Assembly: GCA_026705925.1 (NCBI GenBank)
Contig: JAPOZT010000019.1
Span: 49,878 to 113,877 of the forward strand
Reading direction: 5' to 3'
Source of the DNA: Gemmatimonadota bacterium
Lineage (GTDB): Bacteria; JAAXHH01
DNA: 64,000 bases
Of this stretch, positions 56,610-64,000 are shown one piece after another. A program made the translations under genes and the position numbers. The notes under the pieces were generated by a model. The model was not told the DNA's origin. It made no database searches and saw only the letters and a program-made list of their open reading frames with translations. Numbering within the stretch: the first letter of the stretch is position 1; each line of letters opens with the position of its first letter.

Positions 56610-57500
56610 ATGGCGATGGTCGACATGAAGCAGATCCACGCGCTGGAAGATGCGACGGACCTGCTGAGACGCCCCGACGAACTGCGGCAACGCGCCGCGG
56701 AGCACGGCTGCCTGTTCTTTCGGCGACTGCTCGATCCGGCGCGCGTGATGGAGGTCCGGCGCCAGGTGCTCGGTGTGTGCCGGGAACACGGGTGGCTTGC
56801 CCCCGGTTCGGATCTCATGGACGGCATCGCGAATCCCGAAATCAGCGTGTTCGAAGGCGACGACCCGCGCTGGACTGCTTTCTACGACGATGTCCAGCGG
56901 ATCCGCGACTTCCACGCACTGGCCCTCGACCCCGCAATCATCCACATGCTCGAAGTGCTGTTCGGAGAACCCGTGCTTGCCCACAGCCGGAACATCTGCC
57001 GGCTCGTATTCCCGGACACGAACACCCACTCGACCCCGCCGCACCAGGACAACTATTTCATCGGCGGTTCGGACGAGACGTGGACGGGCTGGATTCCGCT
57101 GGGAGACTGTCCGGAGGAACTCGGCGGACTCGCCGTCAACCGGAGATCCCACCGTAGCGGCATGCTGGAAACGACCGAGGGCGTGGGGCCGGGCGGGCGG
57201 CAGGTTCCCGTAGAGGACGATTCCGCCTGGGTCGGCGGCGACTACGCCTGCGGCGACGTGATTATCCTGCACAGCCTGACGATTCACCAGGGCCGGGACA
57301 ACATGACCACGGATCGTCTCCGGCTGTCCTCCGACTATCGGTACCAGCCGAGAAGCCACCCCGTCCGGGAGGATTCTCTCCAGCCCCACATGAACTGGTT
57401 GACATGGGACCAAGTTTACGAAAACTGGGAGGAGGACGATCCGGTGAGGTACTATTGGCGGGATTGGCCCCTGGACGTGGTCAAGCGGGAGCCGCAGTAG
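56610..57500 (+). CDS. phytanoyl-CoA dioxygenase family, copy 5
   Basis: HTPPHQD...H pattern. Confidence 0.6.
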   Translation: MAMVDMKQIHALEDATDLLRRPDELRQRAAEHGCLFFRRLLDPARVMEVRRQVLGVCREHGWLAPGSDLMDGIANPEISVFEGDDPRWTAFYDDVQRIRDFHALALDPAIIHMLEVLFGEPVLAHSRNICRLVFPDTNTHSTPPHQDNYFIGGSDETWTGWIPLGDCPEELGGLAVNRRSHRSGMLETTEGVGPGGRQVPVEDDSAWVGGDYACGDVIILHSLTIHQGRDNMTTDRLRLSSDYRYQPRSHPVREDSLQPHMNWLTWDQVYENWEEDDPVRYYWRDWPLDVVKREPQ

Positions 57501-57617
57501 GCGGCCCGCGCCTGGACTTGCCCGCGCCTGGACAGGCCCTTGGACACGGTCCGCCTACGGCCACGCCGGCGCCTGGGCCTGTATCTGGACACTGCCCGCA
57601 CCAGGACACCCCCGGAT

Positions 57618-58733
57618 ATGCCCAATCCAGTTATCAAAACCGCCCAGCACCTGGTGCGCATGTTCCTCCCCAAACCGATGGCAGCGCTGGTCGATATGTC
57701 GGGGCGCTACGTGATCGTGACCGGGGCGTCACCCGGTTCGCTCGGGTACGAAACCGCGCGGGTCCTCGCGGGCTGGGGGGCCAAGGTCGTGGCGACCCGG
57801 GTCCGGCACGTAGCCCTGATGGAAGCGGCGCTGAAAGACGACCTTCGCAGGCGCGGCGACGACGCGGACAACCTCACGGCACACGCACTGGACCTCTCCG
57901 ATGCGCACAGCGTCAACGCCTTCGCCGCCTGGTACCGCGACCGACACCAGGGCAAGCTCCATGTGCTGATCAACAACGCGGGCATCCACAGGAAGACTTT
58001 GGCCCCGCGCAGCGAAGTGCCTTTGACCGAAGATGGCTTCGAAGTGCACTGGCGGACCAACTATCTCGGCGTCTTTCACCTGACCCGGGTGCTGCTGCCC
58101 CTCCTTCAACAATCCGGTATCGAAAGCGGCGACGCACGGGTCGTCAACGTGTCCTCCGGCCTGCACGACAGGGTAGGGAACGCGGACCTGTTCGACGAGG
58201 GGCCGAACCCCGACGGGTCGGGCCGCCACCAGCCGAACCGCTACCGGCCGCGCGGCGATTCAACACGCCGTAACTTGCCGAACGGCAACTTGCCGAACGG
58301 CAACTTGCCGCAACGTGATTTGTCACCCCGCGATAGGCCGCGCTACCACTCCTGGGACGCCTATGGGAAGTCGAAACTGGCGATGAATCACCTGGCCTTT
58401 GAAATCGAAAGGCGATTCGCCGAATCCCACAACCTGCACGGGATGGCCGTACACCCGGGCGTCGTCATGACCAACCTGACCCTGCCGCAAGCGTTTGAAG
58501 GCTGGATTGGTAAGGCACTCCATCGTATCAGTTCCGCGCTGGCCTCGCTGGTCCTGCTGTCCCCGAATGCCGGGGCGCAGACCATCGTGATGTGCGCGAG
58601 CCAGCGTCCCCTGCAAGGGGGAAGATACTATGAGCGCTGCGACATCGCCGAACCGAGCACGGACAGCCTCGACACCGACGCCTCGAAACGCCTGTGGGAA
58701 CAGTCGGAACAGTGGGTCGGGACGCTTGTGTAA
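57618..58733 (+). CDS. SDR family oxidoreductase (retinol-dehydrogenase-like) with low-complexity NLPNGNLPNGNLP insertion
   Basis: VTGASPGSLG, NNAG, YGKSK. 15-nt tandem repeat x2.6 at 58271-58313 encodes the insertion. Confidence 0.7.
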   Translation: MPNPVIKTAQHLVRMFLPKPMAALVDMSGRYVIVTGASPGSLGYETARVLAGWGAKVVATRVRHVALMEAALKDDLRRRGDDADNLTAHALDLSDAHSVNAFAAWYRDRHQGKLHVLINNAGIHRKTLAPRSEVPLTEDGFEVHWRTNYLGVFHLTRVLLPLLQQSGIESGDARVVNVSSGLHDRVGNADLFDEGPNPDGSGRHQPNRYRPRGDSTRRNLPNGNLPNGNLPQRDLSPRDRPRYHSWDAYGKSKLAMNHLAFEIERRFAESHNLHGMAVHPGVVMTNLTLPQAFEGWIGKALHRISSALASLVLLSPNAGAQTIVMCASQRPLQGGRYYERCDIAEPSTDSLDTDASKRLWEQSEQWVGTLV

Positions 58734-58855
58734 GGACGTGGTGCTCGCGCGGCCAACCATGCGGCACACAACGCAAACCGCGCTGAACATGTAGACAATT
58801 CGTAATCAACCCGGGTGAATCAACCCACGGGAATCAAGCTACAGGACAGCCCACT

Positions 58856-59626
58856 TTGGACAACGAACTATTAAAACGGGGGTTCTCACCCCGGCCGCTG
58901 ACGTCCGCGCAACGCAAGGCGCTGGACACCGATGGCTTCATCGTACTGGAGGAGATCATCTCGCCGGACTGGCTCGTCGGGCTGCGCCAGGCTTTCGATG
59001 AGATTCATGACCGCGAAGGCGAAAAGGCCGGAGAGGAGGTCGCCCAGATGGAAGGGGTACGCCGGCTTGCCGATCTGATTAACAAGGGATCGGTTTTCGA
59101 CGCGGTCTACCTGCAGCCCGAGCTCTTGACGGCGGTCTTCCATGTCCTGCAGCGGCCGTTCAAGCTGCACTCGCTCAACGGGCACGACCCGCTGCCGGGA
59201 AGCGGGCTGCAGATCCTGCACGCCGATTGGGGACAACCGACCGCACCCGGCGGACCCTACCACGTCGTCAACTCCATGTGGATGCTCGACGATTTCACCC
59301 GGGTCAACGGTGCGACGCGCTGCGTACCCGGCAGCCACCGAATATCCGGAAGGATTACCGACCATGTAGCTGATCGCCTGGCGGACCACCCCGGACAGGT
59401 CTACCTGACGGGCCGCGCCGGTTCGGTGGCCGTATTCAACGGCAGTCTCTGGCACAGTTCTTACATCAACCGCAGCGACGCCCCCCGGCGAGCCCTGCAC
59501 TGCGCCTTCATCGCCCGTGAACACCCCCAGCAGACGAATCAGCGCGAGTACCTCCGGCCCGAGACGGCTCTACGCCTGTCCCCGCTGGCGCGCTACATCC
59601 TGGACGTCGAGGACGACCCGCGGTAA
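58856..59626 (+). CDS. phytanoyl-CoA dioxygenase family, copy 6
   Basis: LHADW...PGSH...WHSS pattern. Confidence 0.6.
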   Translation: MDNELLKRGFSPRPLTSAQRKALDTDGFIVLEEIISPDWLVGLRQAFDEIHDREGEKAGEEVAQMEGVRRLADLINKGSVFDAVYLQPELLTAVFHVLQRPFKLHSLNGHDPLPGSGLQILHADWGQPTAPGGPYHVVNSMWMLDDFTRVNGATRCVPGSHRISGRITDHVADRLADHPGQVYLTGRAGSVAVFNGSLWHSSYINRSDAPRRALHCAFIAREHPQQTNQREYLRPETALRLSPLARYILDVEDDPR

Positions 59627-59683
59627 CTCATTTAGCAAGCAGGTGCGATCGTCCGGCAACGCCTGCTATCCAGACAGCTCCTG

Positions 59684-61111
59684 CTATCCAAACAGCTCCT
59701 GCACCAGTACCCGCGCCCGATCGATCACGGTTTCGAGGCAGCCGGGTGCCAGCTTTGCCCAGTAGGTGACGTCTTCGTTGGCCTCGTGCCCACCGCGGGG
59801 ATAAGCCTCCCGCGTAGGCAGGTAGCCGACATAGTGCGACGTGAGATGTGCCGGAAACAGATATGAAGCCGGCGAATTCAGTTTGAGCGACAGTTGCCCT
59901 TCCACGAAAGGTTCCCCGGGAAGGCCAATAATACAGAGGTCGCCCACGCGAAATGCCTGGATCTCATAGCTGAACGCGCCGTCCCGCTGCCTGCACAGCT
60001 CGACGCTGCGGGTAGACGCCGCCCGGAACCAGCGTGGGTCTACCTGCCCGTCCGCTTCCCGCGGTGGCTGGGGATGCTCGGCGAGGATCGCATCGACTTC
60101 GCGCAGACGCTCTTCCGGAATCTCGCGAAAAGGCAGGCCGATCGTTTCGATCCGGGTATCCAGAGCGGCTTCGCCCGAAAAGTTGCCGGCGTACGTCATG
60201 TCGTGCACGATACGCTCGCTCAAACCAGACAGTTCGCGGCCCATTCGAAGGTGGTCCGGCCGGAAATCCGGGTCGTAAGGATGCCAGGGGTTGATGTTGC
60301 CGCAACACCCGTTGACGACCAGCGGCACGGCATCGGGACCGAAGGCCTGCTGCATCTCCCGGGACCAGGCGCCGGGCCAATCCGCCGACGCGGCCAGGAA
60401 GGTCTCGCTGTTACCGTACGCATTGACCGGGTGGCACGTGTAGTGCAGCAGAAAGGCGAGCGGCTTACCTGTCATGTCCTGGATACAGCAAACCCCCACT
60501 TCCGGATCGATAGGTCCTTCCAGGTAACACACCTCCGAGATACCGAATGGCTGCTGCTCCCGACCCTGCGGCCTGGGCATGAATAAGGTGCCGTCCCGGC
60601 GTATGCCGCGCCGGTTGAAAGCCAGGTCGCCCATCACGCCGCGACCCAGACCGATGCGCGCGGGCTCAAGCCTGCCCGCCGCTTCGATCGCGGCCTCCAC
60701 GGCAGCGGCTGCGGCCCGGTCACCATAGGCGCGCTCGGCGCCGCGCAGATACTCCGTCTCCTCGGTGGTCTCCAGCGGAAAATCCGGATCCAGCATGAAG
60801 TAGCCGAGGCTCGGGGCGGAATGGGTCTGCGTCGCCTGGACCATGATCGCGTCCCGTTCAATGCCCGTCTGCTCGTGGATCTCCGCGCGGATCCGGTCCG
60901 TGTAGTCGCCGGTAACGATGATGAGATCCAGGATCACCAGGCAGACGCGGCGCCCAGCCACCTCAAAGACGATGGCCTTGGCAAAGAGCGGATCCAGGAC
61001 GGTACTGGCCGGACGGTGGTCACCGGCTCCGCTGCCCCCCAGATGTGTCCCAACCGAAGGGGAGATGTCGATCATCGCCGCACCGGCGCTCAGCTGGTTT
61101 GACGCGTTCAT
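59684..61111 (-). CDS. hypothetical protein, possibly neutral/alkaline ceramidase-like family
   Basis: 475-aa soluble protein. Weak recollection of ceramidase-like N-domain. Low certainty. Confidence 0.4.
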   Translation of the reverse strand: MNASNQLSAGAAMIDISPSVGTHLGGSGAGDHRPASTVLDPLFAKAIVFEVAGRRVCLVILDLIIVTGDYTDRIRAEIHEQTGIERDAIMVQATQTHSAPSLGYFMLDPDFPLETTEETEYLRGAERAYGDRAAAAAVEAAIEAAGRLEPARIGLGRGVMGDLAFNRRGIRRDGTLFMPRPQGREQQPFGISEVCYLEGPIDPEVGVCCIQDMTGKPLAFLLHYTCHPVNAYGNSETFLAASADWPGAWSREMQQAFGPDAVPLVVNGCCGNINPWHPYDPDFRPDHLRMGRELSGLSERIVHDMTYAGNFSGEAALDTRIETIGLPFREIPEERLREVDAILAEHPQPPREADGQVDPRWFRAASTRSVELCRQRDGAFSYEIQAFRVGDLCIIGLPGEPFVEGQLSLKLNSPASYLFPAHLTSHYVGYLPTREAYPRGGHEANEDVTYWAKLAPGCLETVIDRARVLVQELFG

Positions 61112-61201
61112 GGCGGTCCTTTCTTCGTTTCCCTTTCGTTCCTGGATGATTCAGACTAACATAAAGCATCCACATCACATTTTAGAAAGGGGAATTCGAT
61201 C

Positions 61202-62341
61202 ATGATCGAATGGCTGGGTATCGAACACCTTTTCGAACTGTCCCGGACGGAAGCGATCTGGGGATTCTTCACCCCGCTGATCGTCTACGCCGCGTTTTTT
61301 GTGGTCCAACTCATGCTTCCCGGCAGGTGGGTCCCCGGCTACGTCGTCAACCCGGCGACCGGCGAACCCCGAAACTACCGCCTGAACGGCATGCTCGTGT
61401 TCTTGATCGCGATCGTCGTGTGGGCGCTCGAACTCACCGGGCTTCCCCACGACTGGTTCTACCGGTCCTCGGTCTATGCCGTGGCCGGCGGAACGGTCTT
61501 CAGCATAATCTTCACCCTGATCGCCGTGTTTACCCAACCGGAAGGCAAGGTGAAAAACAGGTTCCTGGCGTGGTGGTTCGGCCGTGCGCAGGAGATTTCG
61601 TTCTTCAACGAACGCATCGACGTGAAGATGTACATGTATGTCGTCGGGGGAACGATGCTGTCGCTCAACGCCCTTTCCGGCGCGGTGTATCACTACGAAC
61701 TCTTCGGCGAGAAAGCCAATCCGGGCGTCATCCTCTACGCGGCGTTCTTCACCTTCTACATCATGGACTACATGGTCTTCGAGCGCGTACAGCTCTATAC
61801 CTACGACCTGATCCACGAGAATGTCGGCTTCAAGCTGATCTGGGGCTGCCTCGTGGTCTACGGCTGGTTGTTCATCCTGCCGCTGTGGGGCATGGCCGCG
61901 TACCCGAACCCCGGGTTCTCACCCGCCTGGACGAATGTCTGGCTCATCGGCGCGTCCGCGCTGTTCCTCTTCGGCTGGGGCATCTCGCGCGGCGCCAACC
62001 TGCAGAAATACACCTTCAAGCGATGGCCGGACCGCAAGTTCCTCGGCCTCATCGCGCCGAAGTACATCCAGGCCGGCGAACGCAGGATCCTGTGCAGCGG
62101 CCTGTGGGGCGTCGCCCGTCACCTCAACTACATGGGCGAGGGGTTCCTTGCCCTGTCCATCGCCCTGATATTCGGTTGCTTCACCAACTTCTGGGCGTGG
62201 ACCTATTTCATCTTCATCGTGTCCCTGTTCGTCTACCGGCAGTGGGACGACGACCGTCACTGCGCCGAGAAGTACGGCGCCGAAAATTGGGCGGAATACA
62301 AGGAGCGGGTGAAGTACCGGATCGTGCCGGGGATCTACTAA
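61202..62341 (+). CDS. sterol-reductase family polytopic membrane protein (ERG4/ERG24/DHCR7-like C-terminal signature)
   Basis: LWGVARHLNYMGE...YRQWDDDRHCAEKYGAENWAEYKERVKYRIVPGIY closely resembles the conserved C-terminus of eukaryotic sterol C14/C7/C24 reductases. Confidence 0.6.
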   Translation: MIEWLGIEHLFELSRTEAIWGFFTPLIVYAAFFVVQLMLPGRWVPGYVVNPATGEPRNYRLNGMLVFLIAIVVWALELTGLPHDWFYRSSVYAVAGGTVFSIIFTLIAVFTQPEGKVKNRFLAWWFGRAQEISFFNERIDVKMYMYVVGGTMLSLNALSGAVYHYELFGEKANPGVILYAAFFTFYIMDYMVFERVQLYTYDLIHENVGFKLIWGCLVVYGWLFILPLWGMAAYPNPGFSPAWTNVWLIGASALFLFGWGISRGANLQKYTFKRWPDRKFLGLIAPKYIQAGERRILCSGLWGVARHLNYMGEGFLALSIALIFGCFTNFWAWTYFIFIVSLFVYRQWDDDRHCAEKYGAENWAEYKERVKYRIVPGIY

Positions 62342-62398
62342 GGGAGGGTCGAAGCATTTGTATTCCAGGCACTTCTCGTTCCGACAGCCATCAAGGAG

Positions 62399-63115
62399 AT
62401 GCCGCCAATGGCCTCCAGCAGCACACAGGAATTTCTGAGGTTACTGCACTCCGTGAAGGACAAATACAATGGTCCTGAAGAACTTGATATTCGAAAAGGT
62501 GAGCTGAAAAACGGTATCCGGGAGGCGGAACAGGCGTTCGTGGGAAAGTTCCCGAAAAACAGTCGCCTTCTGGACATTGGTTGCGCGTCGGGACGATTGT
62601 GCTTCGCACTTGCGCGGCAGGGATACGACGTCACCGGTATCGATGTCGCCGAAAATCAGATTGAACAGGCAAGACGTACCGCGGAAGCGGAAGGCGTCGA
62701 CGTGACGTTCCTACAGTACGAGATGCCGAATCTGCCTTTTCCCGACGCCTCATTTGCCGCTGCATTTATGGGAAACGTTTACTGCTATGTCCCGTACCGC
62801 GCGTCACGTATCGCTTTTCTGGAAGAGATCGCGCGGGTGCTATATCCGAATGGCGAGGTGTTTCTTTCGCAGACTGTCCTGGATTCCGTACTGGAGAGTT
62901 ACGATGACCTCTGCGATGACAACCATCGTAAGTTCGCTCCCGATTACGAGACCCTGGAGGAGGGAGACGGATTCGTGCTGGGAGCGCCCCAGTTTCTGCA
63001 CTTCTTCTTCGCCGATGATCTCATGGCAGAACTGGAAACATCTTCATTTCATGTGGCGAGTCCAGAATTGAAGAAGTCAGATTTCAAGTGTGTTTTACGT
63101 AAGCGCAATATATGA
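62399..63115 (+). CDS. class I SAM-dependent methyltransferase
   Basis: LLDIGCASGR motif I, GYDVTGIDV motif II. Lower GC than flanks. Confidence 0.7.
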   Translation: MPPMASSSTQEFLRLLHSVKDKYNGPEELDIRKGELKNGIREAEQAFVGKFPKNSRLLDIGCASGRLCFALARQGYDVTGIDVAENQIEQARRTAEAEGVDVTFLQYEMPNLPFPDASFAAAFMGNVYCYVPYRASRIAFLEEIARVLYPNGEVFLSQTVLDSVLESYDDLCDDNHRKFAPDYETLEEGDGFVLGAPQFLHFFFADDLMAELETSSFHVASPELKKSDFKCVLRKRNI

Positions 63116-63146
63116 GCCGTGCGGTTACATTGTTTCAATGTGCTTT

Positions 63147-63884
63147 TCACACCTTCCTCGCCACGTGTCGATCTTCGTATATCCCTTTAAGGAACTTCTC
63201 CGGATTGAGTTCTTCAGGCATATAATGCCAGGCCGTGCTGTAACGGGTGCGGGTGCTGTGGTTGTCGTAGGCGCCGTGCAGGAGATTGGCGGAAAACAGC
63301 ACGACCGTGCCCGCGGGTATAACCAGGTCCACGGCCTGCGCTTCATCGACCTTTGTCCAGCTGCCATGCCTGCTTAGCTCACTGCGGTGCTCGACGATCT
63401 CACCGATCCGGTGGCTACCTGGCACCACCCGCAGGCAACCGTTCTCCACGTCCGCATCTTCCAGGTAGATCCCGCAACTGACGATGCGATCCGTATCGGT
63501 CCCGAAATAGAAATTGTCCTGGTGCCAGCCCGTCGACGTGCCTCCATCGGGCAATTTCGGAAAGAACTTGGTGCCGAACACGTCGAGATTCTCGCCGATC
63601 AACTCAGCCACGCGGTCTACAATCGCCGGTTCCCGCGCCAGTTCCAGCACGCGGTCGTCGACCACGCATACGCCCTGGACTTTGTGCAGCAGACCCGCCC
63701 TGGGTTCGCCGCCTTCGTCCAGCTCGAGTGACCAGTGCGGGGTCTGCTCATTCAACCGGCTGCCCTGTGTGACAAGTTCATCGAATACCTGCTTGTACCA
63801 GGCCAGTCGCTCGCTCTGTATCAAGGATTCAAAAACGAGAAACCCGTCTTCCCGGTACTGTATTACTTGTTCGTCGGTTAACAT
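63147..63884 (-). CDS. phytanoyl-CoA dioxygenase family, copy 7
   Basis: WHQDNFYF...PGSH...LLHGAYDN pattern. Confidence 0.65.
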   Translation of the reverse strand: MLTDEQVIQYREDGFLVFESLIQSERLAWYKQVFDELVTQGSRLNEQTPHWSLELDEGGEPRAGLLHKVQGVCVVDDRVLELAREPAIVDRVAELIGENLDVFGTKFFPKLPDGGTSTGWHQDNFYFGTDTDRIVSCGIYLEDADVENGCLRVVPGSHRIGEIVEHRSELSRHGSWTKVDEAQAVDLVIPAGTVVLFSANLLHGAYDNHSTRTRYSTAWHYMPEELNPEKFLKGIYEDRHVARKV

Positions 63885-63896
63885 GAGCACCTCTTT

Positions 63897-64000
63897 GGAA
63901 TGGCGTGATCAACCGCCTTGCGTCTCCTCGAGCGTCTCCAGCCAGCGGTAACCGTAAACCGGAACCAGGGGCGATCCGGTCATGCCATCGGGTGATCCGG
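63897..64000 (-). CDS. C-terminal end of an unidentified ORF running in from beyond the window
   Basis: Open frame ending ...YGYRWLETLEETQGG* at 63897. Too short to classify. Confidence 0.2.

Overview
High-GC (~62-63%) bacterial chromosomal segment, densely coding on both strands, with canonical TTGACA-type -35 boxes visible in several intergenic regions. No rRNA, tRNA, CRISPR array, transposase or integrase was recognised. The core looks like accessory metabolism with unusual paralogy. There are seven phytanoyl-CoA-dioxygenase (PhyH) family Fe(II)/2-oxoglutarate oxygenase genes, four HAD phosphatases, two SnoaL-like proteins, two SDRs, two GNATs, two APH-type kinases, two 800-aa FtsX-type permeases and a tandemly duplicated DUF2961/GH172-like gene. 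Alongside these sit housekeeping genes: hisG-hisC, xth, a ParC/GyrA-family topoisomerase subunit, and a citrate synthase plus IPMDH-like pair. Several short low-GC islets (about 3.75-4.9 kb, 7.7-8.9 kb, 10.8-11.5 kb, 12.95-14.15 kb, 38.26-39.2 kb, 50.54-51.34 kb) carry small membrane/coiled-coil proteins, toxin-antitoxin pairs (degenerate VapBC, intact HigBA) and two paralogous membrane-protein + XRE-regulator cassettes. One cassette is flanked by a ~175-bp duplication of the 3' end of an inositol-monophosphatase gene. Most worth follow-up: a HTH-citrate-synthase fusion protein divergent from an IPMDH-like/citrate-synthase operon, with a 17-bp x4 tandem repeat and palindromes in the shared promoter; an ECF sigma factor with a soluble repeat/His-Glu-rich partner; and tandem DUF1640-like tail-anchored coiled-coil proteins with in-frame nucleotide tandem repeats. 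Several genes are split by frameshifts or stops (VapC, an S8 peptidase, a small islet ORF); these are either real decay or homopolymer indel errors. All functional calls come from motif and family recognition by eye. No database searches were run.
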